The position numbers were made by a program, and so were the translations under genes. DNA of 55,409 nt, filler included, from Sphacelaria rigidula (lineage: Eukaryota): NCBI GenBank assembly GCA_964200075.2. It is 6 parts of 6 records of this genome, joined end to end, with 100 filler letters (N's around TTAATTAATTAA, not from the genome) between each part and the next. Parts side by side here need not be neighbours in the genome. Positions count along the whole stretch, not along the records: positions 18,506 to 27,657 come from CAXNAA020009169.1; positions 27,758 to 36,908 come from CAXNAA020009170.1; positions 37,009 to 46,159 come from CAXNAA020009171.1; 3 more parts are not named here. One strand, written 5' to 3'. The first letter of the stretch is position 1. Each line of letters begins with the position of its first letter. The notes beneath the pieces are model-generated. The model searched no databases and was not told the DNA's origin. It saw only the letters and a list, made by a program, of their open reading frames with translations. Below are positions 25,450 through 38,242 of this stretch, in pieces.

Positions 25450-26650
25450 TGTTTGAGAAACACGGTACAATCGTATCTTGATGCAACAGACAGTGAGAAT
25501 GGTGATCTACTGGCAGAAGACGTTGTTGGAGGGGGTGCGACGCGTCGTAGGAATGATGTGCATAAATGATGGAGGCGAAGCATGGAGGTTCCCATGTGAG
25601 CTTGCTAGGATGAGGGATGTTACAGTGGTCGTCTTCCAGGAGTTCGGACTAACGGTTACGGGTAAAGATGAGAAGAGACTATGCGCGTGTGGTCAGTCCT
25701 GAGCTTCTTAGATACCGCACTCCATATCTAGGCGGTACGCTAACGGTATTGACACACGGCCGATGTTGTCTACGGGGTGCCATCAGCACACGTGCGGATA
25801 TTTTAGTCGGAAGGGGGCGCTCCATCAAAGCTGCATGGACATGCCTCCGGAAGTATAGCTATCCACGACGCAATCGGCCCAACGCTGAATTTCCTCTGAA
25901 AACGCGGCAGCTCAGGGCCCATCGATATGTCCGATGCCAAAGTCTCTCAGGACGACCATCTGCAGGCGTCAACTCTTTTTCGGGGTCGGCCCTTGTCCAG
26001 CAAGATGACGCACGGCTCCCAAAGCATGCCATGTTTGAATGGTTTGCCACACGAGGAGTGGAAGAGGCTGTTCGTCCCTCCAAACAGTGGCAGGACCGCC
26101 TTCAGGAGAACCTGCATGCGCTAAGGACTGTGCCATCCAAGGGGAACGATGGCAGTGGTTCGTCCACGTCATGAAGGTGAAAAAAAACGCACGATTGGAT
26201 CTGTCTCGAAGGACGTGAGCGAATTACGTCTGGAGGCCGAGAAAAGGGCGAACGAGTTCTAGGAAGCGTTGCGATGCGAAACGACCGCCAATTCGACCCA
26301 CGTCATGACCAAGAGGCTTTCGTACTGAGGGAGGCCATTGGGAGAGCCGCACCACTGGATCTGTCTCGAAGGACGTGAGCGAATGGCGTCTGGAAGCCGA
26401 GAAAAGGGCGAACGAGTTCTAGGAAGCGTTGCGATTCGAAACCACCGCCAATTCGACCCACGTCATGACCAAGAGGCTATCGTACAGAGAGAGGCCATTG
26501 GGAGAGCCGCACCACTGTCACGATAACAGCAATTGCTTGCGAGGAAATAAATGGAAATATGTCGGAAGAGTGGCCCGCTTTAAAGAGGGAGGGGTGGTAA
26601 TACGAAACAGTTACACCCCTGTATTGTCCTCTCGATTGCTGACGTCCTGC
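25450..26650 (+). mobile_element. RTE-like non-LTR retrotransposon remnant (RT end and C-terminal region)
   Basis: ELARM..VVVFQEFGLTV, YLGG and DDARLPKHAMF...RPSKQWQDRLQENL are typical LINE ORF2 C-terminal motifs; frameshifted. Confidence 0.7.
26196..26517 (+). repeat. Tandem duplication, 2 x 160 bp
   Basis: TGGATCTGTCTCGAAGGACGTGAGCGAAT begins at 26196 and again at 26356. Confidence 0.95.
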
Positions 26651-26883
26651 CTCAACTGTCGAACGTGAGGATGTCGAACGGTGTTCTGCACAGTTGAGTC
26701 TCAACCTGTCCACGATCTTCTTCCTTTTTGTTTTGTACCGACTGACTTTTCACGGCTTTCTCACCTGTGTTCGTTGAAGGAGCTCCATCATTAGACCACT
26801 TGGTCAGCGCAGACTATGTGGCCCAATGATGGAATCCCAAAAATAGAGCTTGAGTGTCGGAGACCCTCAGTGCCTTCCCTCGG

Positions 26884-27657
26884 TTATCCCTCGCCGACAC
26901 TCCTAACGTGTTCCCACACACGGTTAGAACATCGCTGTGAGGCGCATTTATCGCCGTCCATGGAAAATGTTTTCCCTGCGCGGGTGCACGCGATCCGAAA
27001 CTCCATCTTGTTTCCTCCGGCTTCACTGAACGATGGTTGCTTGAAGCAACTCTCCTTGCCGCACCGCTTGCTTTTTACATCGACCATGCCCGCTCGGGCG
27101 TGTGTGACACGGAACTCCGCCTTCCTGCTACCGGCTGCACCGAACGATGGGTATTTGGAGCAGACCCTCAAGCTGCACGGTTTGTTGACTGCATCGATCA
27201 TGCCTCGTCGGGCATGTGTGGCGCACAACTCCGCCTTTGTGACATCGGCCGCACCAGACGATGGTTGTTTGGAGCAGCCCTCTCTGCGGTACCGCTTGCT
27301 TTTGACACCGACCATGCCTACTCGTTCGTGTGTGGCGCGGTAGTCCGCCTTCCTGGCACCGGCTGCACCGAAACTCGACGTGGAGCAACTCTCCTTGCCG
27401 CACAGCTCGTTCGCTACGTTGACCATGACTTGCCGGACGTGTGTGGCGTATCAGTTTGTTTTTTTGCTACTGACTGTACCGAACGATAGGTGTGTGGAGC
27501 AGCCCTCGTTGCCGCACCGCTTGTGTCCTCGATCCACCATGGCTGGCCGGGCGTGTGTGGCACAGAACTCCGCCTTCCTGGTACCAATTGCACCGAACAG
27601 AGGGTGTGTGGAGCAGCCTTTCCTGCCGCAGCGCTTCTTTGCTGCGTTGACCATGAC
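26884..27657 (-). pseudogene. EsV-1-7 cysteine-rich repeat protein (~6 repeats of 38 aa), 5' part cut by the contig end, internal stop
   Basis: Repeats of MV(D/N)VKSKRCG.EGCS..PSFG..G.RKAEFCATHAR.G. In-frame TGA at 27451-27453; several Cys positions substituted. Confidence 0.85.
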
Positions 27658-27757
27658 NNNNNNNNNNNNNNNNNNNNNNNNNNNNNNNNNNNNNNNNNNN
27701 NTTAATTAATTAANNNNNNNNNNNNNNNNNNNNNNNNNNNNNNNNNNNNNNNNNNNN
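27658..27757. other. Artificial contig linker
   Basis: N44-TTAATTAATTAA-N44. Confidence 0.99.
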
Positions 27758-29439
27758 GGGGGCGGGGGGGGGGGGCGCGCTGGTGTGGGGAGTTTTGCAA
27801 CGGGCGTTCGTCCGGGCCGGGGGGGGGGGGGGGGGGGGGGGGGGCAAAGAGAGAGAGGGTGGTGTGTCCCACTGATATTCGGAGAAGATTGGGTGGACTC
27901 TTCGTTTTCATGGCGGTGCCGTGTCAATCGAATATACCCCCTTCTCATGGATATCACTCATAGATACCGACCACCTCAGAGACAGTAGGTGGTGCAGCCG
28001 CTTCTTTGATTCCTAGCACGCCTGATATCATCACAACCTGGTATCACTAGCCCCCAGTTCCCGGCAAGATGAACACGCCACCCGGACACCTACACATACG
28101 TCATCATACCACCAACGGACCGACCAACCATGATGACTGACTCGCGGCCGTAAACCCCTAGATATTCCACCACACGCACAACCTAGACATGGAAGATGGA
28201 AGTGCATCAGTCTCGCCTGTTTAAAGACGCCAGTTTTTCGTCGAGCGTCTCGCCTACGTGGTTCCCTACCGCCACTGACTTCCCGATCTCTGCACCAGTA
28301 GTGCGCCACCACGTTGCAGTGCTTGCACTTATTGAGGTAAGCCGTGGCTGGGAGACCGCATCTACATGCAGGGACATAAGGCGTGGGGGTGTACGACGAA
28401 CGAATGTGGAGGAGCTGGAGTACGACATTAGCAGTCCGTCTTGTTGGCCTATCCACAAATGTGAAACGCCGTTTAGTCAATCGCGGTCAGCCTGTGGATC
28501 GCTACCAGCGCGCTCTAACGAGAAAGAGAAACAACAAGCCCCGTCGAGGGGGGTGACTCCGCTGAGGCGCTTCCTTTTTCAGACCAGGGAGCCCCTCTCA
28601 GGTGGCGCATTGCATTGCGCTCGGGCGTTGAGTGTACTGCTAGTTCCAAGAATCATCGAGCGGCTTAGGTGACAACCTTTACCCCCCTAGCGCCCACTTG
28701 GTGGCTTTCAAGGAGCAAGGTTGACATCTTGCAAGTGGACGACCCTCAGCACGCCTGTGCGGGGGAAAACGCCTGGTGCAATGAGCGGTGCGTGCCAGAG
28801 CAACATCGACACAGCACATCAACGCGCGGTACGCTGGCTTTCTATTTACCTCAGCAGCATAAATTGCTGCGAAAACCCGAGTCTACTGCGCGTGCGGCCA
28901 CCCCGCGTAGTCGGTCCTCACGGCACCTACTGGTAGGTGGAGCCTCATTTTGATTACAGACAGAACAACAGTATCGTTGCACGCGCAAATTTGCACATCA
29001 AAGGAGACACCGCTGTTCCTTTTTTTTATTGCAGAAGCGAGCTCTCACCCTTCACAAAGCAGATTGCGAAGCCAGTCCTTCTCGAACAGCGCCGGCGCGG
29101 GCGGTGGGTTGATAGCGCCGAGATCGGGGCCCGATTTGTGGTGTCGGTGCGCCACTGTATCGCCCAAAGCTTGAATGGCTTTCCTGGAAGCATACATGTC
29201 TTTAGCGCTCATTTTTGCGTCCTGAAGTTGCTGCTCTTGCCATTTAGTCGGGTTTAACGAGAATAACATGTGGTGGGAATGTATCACCGTCTTGTGCTGC
29301 CACGAGGGTCAGGTAGTCGTGCAATCCGTTTTGGGTTCGAAATTCGAAATTCTCGATCCGCGATACACGTATATTGCGAGCCGCAACTGAGCGGTTTGAA
29401 GGTTGCTTGCTCCGACGAAATACTGGTGGTCTCCAGGGG

Positions 29440-30370
29440 TCGTGCATTCTCTATTTGTTTCTGCAACCTTTCTGGTGCTTCTGATATCCCCACGAAATCA
29501 TCCGCGGACATCAAAATCCCGACACCGTATCTCTCCCTGACTCCTTGCTTCGTTGCGTCCACTGCTACTATCATCCGTTAATAAAACGTTATATAAAGTG
29601 GGCGATGACGTACATCCTTGTGCAACTCCTTGTAAAAATATCAGCGTGTTTCGATATTTCCCGTCTAGCATCACGGCACTTCTCGCGCATTCTGTCATAT
29701 TTTCACCATTCTCCACATCTTTCCTCTGATCCCAGTTTCCCACATCTTTTTGCATAGCCCATTGCTCCATACGGTATCATTGGCCTTCTGTGCGGCCAGC
29801 AAGAAACAGTACGTTGTTAGCCCCGCGTCTTTCCTGCCTTGAATAATCTTACCTACTGTGGACACATGGTCTACGCGGCTACGATCTGGTCTAAAACCTG
29901 CTTGCCCCTCGCTGACATTTTCGTCTCCAGCATCGTTCCCACCCTATCGGCCAGTATCTTACAGAACGTCTTCCCTACCGTGCTCAGTAGCGCCATCCCT
30001 CTATAATTCCCTAGATCAGTTTTGTCTCCTTTATTGAAAAGATTTATTACTACTCCTCCTCTCCACTGCACTCGTTGTCCCAGATCCAAATATACGATAC
30101 GGCCATCATGGTAATCATTCCCACCCCCCCGTACTTGATAGTTCATTCAATATTTCATCTGCCCCTACTGCATTTTAATTTTTGAGTTTTGCGGCACACT
30201 CCTTTACTTCCTCTCTTGTGAACTCTTCCTGCAACTATTTTGAACCACTCTCTTCCCGTTCTGATATCTACGTTTGCCTCTGCCCATGCATTGATTTCTT
30301 TCTCGAAATCCGCGTCGAGCCTCTTGTTCGTTGTTGGTGCTCCTGTTCCTCGCTTGTGCTCTACTAGTGC
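29440..30370 (-). mobile_element. LINE reverse transcriptase remnant
   Basis: NLFNKGDKTDLGNYRGMALLSTVGKTFCKIL, QGVAQGCTSSPTLYN and SADDFVGISE (YADD-box equivalent) in successive frames. Confidence 0.9.
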
Positions 30371-32399
30371 TCTATTCCCCTTCGAACGGAGGGGAAGGTG
30401 GAGAGAATCATGGTATGCTCGGGGACTAACAGTCTCGATTTCTACTATTGGGAAAGGGCATTGTAAGCTATCTCACCCCTAGCCCATCTGTAGACATCAT
30501 CGCGCTCGGATTGACACCACAGATTGATTGTAATGAGAAGCTGACGCGAAACTTACCGGGAGCTTGATCGCGGGCCTGCCCTGCTTTTCGGTGTAGAGAT
30601 GGCTCCAGTATCCCTTAGGTCGATGAATATTGCCAGTCGAAATTGGCTTGCTGGTCCGCGGATTGCTTAGCATTGGTGCAATGTCCCTGTTACCGCTGCT
30701 CTCGCGCGATGATTGATCGTCGAGGTTCCAAGTGAGTCATACATGTAGATCAAGTATGGTCCATCGTATAACATCTTACATCTCGTCGAATAGAGGCCTG
30801 AGGAAATATCGTAAATTCGACCGCCGCCGGTGCAGATTAGAAGCAACGACGGGCTGTATCCGGTGAAGATGCACCAAGTAAGACATTTCGGTGTCAAGAA
30901 GTCAAGATACGTCGGTTACATTCCCGACACAAAGCCATGTACTGCGGAACATGCCATACGCTTCGCGTATTTTTCTTATCGTCTACGCTGAGAGCTGCGT
31001 CCTGGAATAATGGCCGTCTGCTCGTTGGTCACGGCGGTGCTGCCTTGGATAGCAACATAGACAGGTACGCGGAGTACAGAAAGAAGTTGAGTGAAGAAGA
31101 TGGAGTCAAGTCTTCGGGTTGGAAGATAAATAGGGCGTAGAAGTTGGGCGTATTTGCTTCCACGAAATAAGGAATTGACAAGGCTTATCGCGAAGCCACA
31201 AAATCGAACATACTGCAACCCTGGCAGGTCACAGGCTTGGATCAGGAACACCACTCCCTCAACCTCTCCCACGGGAGTGAATAATCCTTCTGTATATCAT
31301 TGCGGGTCCGAGGAATACGATCTTCGTGTTTTGGAACGCAACAGGAGCTTTGGTTGTGCATGCTCATACAAGCAACGTACAGGCTGGCTGGCACTGTGAC
31401 GGAGTCCAAACCACAGTTGTGAGATTGGTGCACTTGAAGGCGATCAGAGATATGGTACTCGGCTCATGTGGAAAGCACTCAAAAGCATACTTGCTTGGGA
31501 AGAGAGAGGTGTCGAGCGAGCTTTACGAAAACGAAGGTCAGCTGAACGAGCTCAAGTTCAGTGGGTTTAGCCGTGGAGGACGACGAGAAGCAAATCGCAA
31601 ATACGGATGACGTCACACGGAGACACCAGCCCTCCACGAGCGCCATTGATGGCTTGCCTTTGGTAGTGGTATTGAAGCTTGCCTTTCGTTGCACATTTAC
31701 AGTACCGCAAGAGAAGTGGAAAACGCAGATATATGCCCGACAAAAGTTCATCATCTGCGATATTGCGCTGTAAACATGAGGCGTGTACGATATGCCGCAG
31801 TGCAACCAATAAAATTGAAGCATGTCCGAGTGTTTGTTCCTCAATGCCGGTTTTGTAGTTGGTTCTCACGATTGTTTGATAGGATAAAGGTTTGACGGTC
31901 ACTGTGTGGGTAGGTGTGGGCAGTAGCGTGTACTAGGGATGAGAAGGAGAGACGGCGGCAAACACGAAATACACCCGTCTTGTCTTATCAGCGATCGACT
32001 TCGTTCCGTTCCGTGGTTTACAACCTTAGTGATGCTCCTAGCTGTATTCGTGCACATGTTCTCCTGGGTATTTCTGTTGCATTTGTTCCCTTTTGTGTTT
32101 TTCCTTTTGCATTGTCTGATGACCCCCCCCCATCTCTCCCTTGCTCCGTCTCGAAAGGGATGCGTGGTCATTGGTCAAACGACTAAGGCACGCAACAAAT
32201 ACGTACGCCCCCCCCCGCCTCTCTCTCTTGATCTGTCTTTCCATTCCTGCATTTTTCACACTGCTGTAGTGTGTGTATCTCACGCACGCAGAGTTGGTGG
32301 GTGACAGTTCGTGCCCAAATAGTGTAGTTCCCAAATAGCTTCTTCTGGTCCTTTTTTGTCTCTCGCGCGGTGTGTTATTATTGTACCTGAAGCTATGCC

Positions 32400-32697
32400 G
32401 CAGGAGCTTTTTTTTTCTTCATTTCTTCTTCTTTTGAATTTTGTGCCGTCATTCGCGTTTTCATCGGGACCGATCAATCGTGCTCTGAGTCTCGTTTCTT
32501 TTCCTTTCTATTATCTTTTCTGCTTCCTTTGTCTCTCGTTATTGTTCAGTGTACTCCGGCAGTTCCATACTTTTCCTTCTTCTCCTTTTCTCGAGTTTCC
32601 CTCAGCGAGTGTTTTCCGTTCTGTTGACCTTGGGTACGTCTATCTCTTGACCACGGCTGGATTCCTTGGGGACCAGTTCAGTGCGACAATCACCCAA
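32400..32697 (+). repeat. LINE-type 3' UTR with terminal stem-loop and CAAT tail
   Basis: Pyrimidine-rich tract followed by GACCACGGCTGGA..CC..GGGG..CAG....AGTGCGACAATCA; the same motif occurs at 51487 and 52050. Confidence 0.65.
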
Positions 32698-32699
32698 TT

Positions 32700-35220
32700 A
32701 AGTAGGAATTTGCAAGGGTATGTGCGTGGCGGGTATGTAGCTGACACCCTAGAAGATGGGAGTCGATACTTGAGTGAATTAGTGGCCCGATTATCGACGA
32801 CATGTACAACATGGTGTACAAAGCTGCTTAGACTGCCGCATAATATCGACCATGTATTCCAGGACGTGGACGAAAGGGGTCTGCTGGCGGGACTAGCTCG
32901 TGAGATATACATGCATACTTGTAGCTGTAAAAGCGCACATTATGGCAATGAAAAAACAACGTCAATTTTTTTCCCGTCGATTTCGCAAATGTCTGTTTTC
33001 AAACGCCACGTAATGGGGCCATTCTTCCGCCAACGGAAGTGCATGCCCCTCTGGAGGCGGCGAAACGGCCATCCAAGATTTCCAAAAGTGCACGTTCGAC
33101 CATTCAAAAGTGCTGATCAAAAGAAGGGTAGCCTCCTACATTTTGATGGCGCCACGTGGGATCATAGTCCAGTAGCGGCTGCCTCCGTCAACAAAAAAAG
33201 GTGAATAGAAACACACCACTCTGTACCGATCATCATGGACATGCAAGTGCAATCAGAGCCGTGGGGGACACTTGTTCACTGCTGGGGGTTTGGCAAACGC
33301 CCCCGTGTTTCAAGTTATCGAAGGAGCCGTGAGAGATCGCTGGGGGACGTCTTGTTGGCAACATAAACTCGAAGGCGGTGCTTGATCCCGCAGCACACGG
33401 TACAGTATACTGACCTCGGTACGTTTGAAACGCTGCAGTCGGTTCTAGCAATTAAAAAACAAATGTACGGTTTTGTGATCATGTTCGCGCGTTCGTGCCG
33501 ACACGGAGTACCAAAGCTCCTGGATTAGTGGATGGATTTCCACCGAAATGAGCCTTTTGTCCGTGTAGCTTAGCTAGGATTAGAGCTGTCATTGCGTACT
33601 CCCTGGAACGTTCTGTGCGTGTCGTCAGGTTGCGCAGGTACAACATGGGACCACGAAAAGAAAGGATTTGCGTCTCATTGTGCTCTCACCCCAGAGCAAG
33701 CACCAATTATTTCTTGATGTCTTGCGTTTCGGCCCATCTAGGGAAAAACAACTTTTTCCGTTGCTCTGACCCATCATTCGATGCACGAAGTAGAAATGTG
33801 GCAAGCCTTCTCTACTTATTAAGAACACAACTGTCGATTATTTCATCGCCGGCGCGTGTTGGCTGTTGTGCCGTTATCTTTTTCTCAACTACGCATACAC
33901 TGTACCTGTGATGGTTCAAGAGACAATCAACTAGACTACTGACAAGTCAGCGCTGACTGGTCAGTAGTAGTCTAGTTGGTTGTCTCTTAAACCGTCACAT
34001 ACCGCAGAATAAAAAGATTGCCCCCCCTCACCCATGGAACGTGCGAAATTGAAAGGTGATATTGGGTTTCTGCACGACGAGAAAAATGGCGAACGTGTGT
34101 AGAGCACATTCTTGACGTACGTGGGATCAGTAGCGTTTTACTTGAAAAAAACTGGCGGGTTCACATATACCTCGTCCAGTAGGCATCTTGTTTGAACTTC
34201 GACAGCGTGCCCGAATACTGTCTCAAAATCCCACATGGCTGTACTTTCGTTCGGACTATGCCTAGGCAGCTACGTTCTAAAAAGCGCGGGGCTGACATCA
34301 AATGCGGGAAAAAAGTCTCCTGTGCTATGGGGTCTCCTGGAACAAAAAATATGTGCACGTGGTTTATAGGCCATGAGGAACCCATCGCAAAAGTATTGAC
34401 AGTAATACGTCCATGCTGCCAATGAAACAATGCGGCAGAGGTTGGGACTTGGCTTAAATTTAGAACGCAGCCCTTGTCCAACACTGACTGTAACGTGCTG
34501 TACTGGCTTTCAAACACACAAGGAAAAATTGCTGTCCAACACAATATAAACCCCAAAGCTGTGCACGAGTGACATGATAACCGCCTCCAGTGCAACATAC
34601 GGCGAATATGTGCACCGAAAGTGTAGTATGAGGCACAGAGAGTTGGATTCACCAGCAACGGCCATGTGCGGCGAAACCGCCGTGGTTATCATGTTGCTTT
34701 TGGTGAATGTTTGAGCATCATCTTCTATGCTCAACACCCGGTACAGAGGTTATGATATCTTTGCTCACACAGCACCCAATGAAATAACTCAACTTGCTAT
34801 TTACAGCCAAGACTGCGCACCCCTCGTACAGTTTCAAAGCGATACGCCTTTGCGCAAATGAAAAAGCTCAGGTAAAGACGAACCACGAGCAGCAAACATC
34901 ACATCATTTTGTGAGGTTACAGGCACAATCTTGGCATTGATAGATAGCTGATATCATACCCTCCTTGTGTGTGGAACGATAGCGTATGTTACGCAGTACA
35001 GCGTGAAATCTGCGAAGTTGTATTTTGGATTCCAGAATGGAAAAGGATCGTGGCGTAGGTTTGTACAGTAGTATTCGTATGTGTTTTGCCCGCGGTTAGG
35101 AAGTATCGATCGTCAATTTATGTCCATGGAGAAGGTAGGCATGGTCCATTGTTAGATATCAGTATGCCTGTGGTTTTGTGCTGCATCGAGTCTGCTAATG
35201 CCACCGCGTATTGTTTTCGA
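32700..35220 (-). mobile_element. Second decayed Pif1-like element remnant, interrupted by insertions
   Basis: LKLYEGCAVLAVN (~34820) and QQFFLVCLKASTARYSQC/LDKGCVLNL (~34500) resemble late Pif1 motifs. ALLEILDGRF (~33075) resembles AFIELLRGRF (~4020) of the contig 1 element. Confidence 0.4.
33907..33999. mobile_element. 93-bp palindromic MITE-like insertion, TGT...ACA ends, TACC TSD
   Basis: Near-perfect palindrome centred on GTCAGCGCTGAC; TACC at 33903-33906 and 34000-34003. Confidence 0.8.
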
Positions 35221-35222
35221 GA

Positions 35223-36897
35223 GGGGTGGTGACAAACGTGACACTATCCTGAACCCAGCAGAACACTGCTAGTTCCCAAGAACAGTACCACTCTCTCGAC
35301 GACAATCAACCTGTGTGTCCTCCATGCTACATCCACCAACCCAGGGCCTATAAATAGAGGATAGGCACGGCGCCCGCGGCAGCCCATCTTCCGTGCGACC
35401 ATGATCTGTCCTCAAAGGCATTTTTTTCACTATTCCCTCCTTCCATATAAAAAATGGTCAATCACGAGAAGCTAATCTATGGCTGCGTTGAAGAAAAAAT
35501 ATTGTAACATCTCTGATGTCCTTGCTCTTGTGCGCAACGTTGAGAAATTTACGGATAATAAATTTAGCTGGATCTCTACCTCAGATGAGATATGAAGCCT
35601 GAGCCCGAATAATATTTCTTACCAGATGCCGGTACTGTAGGCGACACGAGTAGGTCTACGCTGATCTGCGTGAGCCGTACATGTACAGGGGTGTGGAGCA
35701 ATCGTGGGGTGATGTGCGCACTAATCGGAAATACTGTATTGCGCCAGTTGTGCACCTGCCACGTATCTCATAACATAACTCACGTACCGTCGGTGAATCA
35801 CCATGATTTCTCACAGTGCTAGCAGGCTGACATCGGTTAGGATGGGGAATGTCGCGCTCATAGTGCCGGCGACCGCGAGGAACACCGCGTGGCTGCAGAA
35901 ACAAGCTACACCGGGCACATGGTGCGCATATGCAACCTTAGCCGCTGCGCAACCGGCACATATTTGACCGCAAATTTTGCCACGGACGCCGGATAACAAG
36001 CTGCAATTGCAAGCATCTACACAAGACATGATACGGCCCCGCGCAGCATCTTACCGTGGAAACCTGGAACTTTCGTTCATTCTTCTTTTGACCCGTGCTT
36101 GTATCATAAATCAGAAGTGTACATGCTGCTTACACATGACGGCGTACACACCTTTCACGCTGCATGGTTCGCGCCCCTGTTGATCCAGGCGATTTCAAAA
36201 TTGATTGGTTCTGAACCAAACTCTGAACCAGCTCGGAATTACTCCGGTCTGGCATTGATCCGTGCATCTCTACAGTCTAGCTGCTACAGTAGTTCATCTA
36301 CTGATGATGTCAACAGCAGACGAAGCTGAAGGCTCCAGCTTGTGGGAATCTTCTATGTCCGTGGCTCTTCCACTAATTTCTACCGAGACATCGCCAGGAG
36401 GATTCCAGGTACGTCTTATCAATGCACGACAGATGTCGCGACAGCCCCCCCCAGAAAAGTGGCTGGTTTGAGGAGGCAAAATATACCTGTATTTTAACGT
36501 AAATCAAAATGATAAAAGTCGAGCACACCGAGCAGCTGGAAACTCCCACGCTTGGGATCTTATTCCTCAGTGTCGCCCATATGCAGTCTCACGCCGAAAG
36601 AAAAAAAACATGATTCGGAACAGAATCCGACATCTTTTCGCCTCGATACGCACGCACCCACAACGCAACCCCAGGTTCAGCAAGACGAGGTTGTTGCCCG
36701 TGGTCTACATGACATGCGGGCGAAGTTTCAGCTCGTAAAAGTGCTGACAGCGCGTGCACGGCCTCCTGAATTGAGCACCTCTACAGACAATAGGAAAATT
36801 TGTACCGCACGGAATGCCATGATCCAGAACTTGTGCCAGTGCAGATCGATGCAGTGTTACGCCGGGGGTTAGTGTCACGTTTCCCACCACCACCCCC
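35223..36897. mobile_element. TIR DNA transposon remnant with ~50-bp imperfect TIRs
   Basis: Left GGGGTGGTGACAAACGTGACACTATCC...AACACTGC versus right GCAGTGTT...GGTTAGTGTCACGTTTCCCACCACCACCCCC; internal Cys/His-rich degenerate ORF on the minus strand. Confidence 0.6.
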
Positions 36898-36908
36898 AAA
36901 ATGAAGAC

Positions 36909-37008
36909 NNNNNNNNNNNNNNNNNNNNNNNNNNNNNNNNNNNNNNNNNNNNTTAATTAATTAANNNNNNNNNNNNNNNNNNNNNNNNNNNNNNNNNNNN
37001 NNNNNNNN
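36909..37008. other. Artificial contig linker
   Basis: N44-TTAATTAATTAA-N44. Confidence 0.99.
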
Positions 37009-38132
37009 AAAGCAAGGTGGGAAGGATGTTTTACACACTTTTGAGCCTCTTTTTCGTGCCACCAAAACCCCCCCCCCCCCTATCGTAGGATCACTCTAAT
37101 GCCAGCCCTCCACCCCTTCCCCCGGGTGACGCCGTCACTCCGCTCCACCGTCCCACCCAACCGAAACGGAACTAGTGTCAGAACGACAAGCATGTCGCTA
37201 ATTATTCTCCTTGCAGTCAGAACGATGCAGACAGGCATGTCCCTACTTGTTTTCATCACGCGCCTGCCTCTGAGCCCCCCTACCCTCAGCTGGCGCTACC
37301 CCGAAATTGACAGACTCCTGCAGGACGCACCAAGGAGCACATAGAAACGGGCCACTGCGAATAAAGGGATGTCCCTGCAAACAAAATAGCATCAATTAAT
37401 TTTGACAATTTCGAATGAGCGCCCATTGAAAGCTGGGCTTCATTCTTGCAGACAAGCTTCTGCAAAAAAAGCGGAGTAGTACGAGAACGGACATGGTGTT
37501 CATATCTTCTGCCATGTATATCGTGCATTTGTCCGGGATGTAGTAGGTGATGCTACTCAAACTACACTCTGAATAGCGGAGGCTGTCTTCGGACGTTGGG
37601 TGGCACTGCCCGGCACGGCACACCGATCAGCCAAAACCAATCCAAAACACTTCGGATAGATGTTGCCGAGACCAGGCTTCCCGAACTCCTCCCCCGCTTC
37701 GCCCGAAAATGAATCAAGCGCACATGCAACAGGACGTCTAGTTTATTTTCATTTCCTTCTTAGAAACCGACAATACAGTCAAAATATGAAAACCAACCAC
37801 ACAACAAGCGAACGTTGAATTTCTTTCCACAGAAATCTCCGCCGCGCCACGGTGGTGCAAAGGTACAACTGGGTCCCTCAGGGTGGAACGAATGGAGGTT
37901 TGATCCCGTCAGATGCATCTGACTTTTTTGTCCACAGGTGCCTAGTTTCCGTTATTAAAGGCGCAAGGACGCCCAGCGAAAACATTTTACTGAGATTTCT
38001 TACGAGAATTGACGAGGTGAAGGGGTTCCGGTCGAATCCGCGGGACCAAAATGCATGGCGCGTACGGTGTTGGGGGGGGGGGGCAGGGGGATGGGGGGAT
38101 CCCTTGCGGCCACGGACCTGGTTCGAGTTCTT

Positions 38133-38142
38133 NNNNNNNNNN
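38133..38142. other. Scaffolding gap (10 N) flanked by a duplicated sequence and poly-G
   Basis: GATCCCTTGCGGCCACGGACCTG.TTCGAGTT occurs on both sides of the gap. Confidence 0.9.
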
Positions 38143-38200
38143 TGTTTGTGGAGAGGGGTGAGGGGGGGAGGGGGGCGGGGGAGCGCCGGGGGGCGAAAAG

Positions 38201-38242
<42 letters not shown>

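Noticed and set aside
32356..33204. 282-aa + strand ORF resembling a membrane protein
   Set aside because: The hydrophobic part is a pyrimidine-rich LINE 3' UTR; the rest is antisense to a decayed element.
36295..36330. Hammerhead ribozyme (CTGATGA..GTC...GAC-GAAG)
   Set aside because: The core requires GAAA, and stems I and III are not evident.
37660..37712. HECT-like motif (FSGEAG / GGVREAW) on the minus strand
   Set aside because: Needs a frameshift, is too short, and has no supporting flanking motifs.
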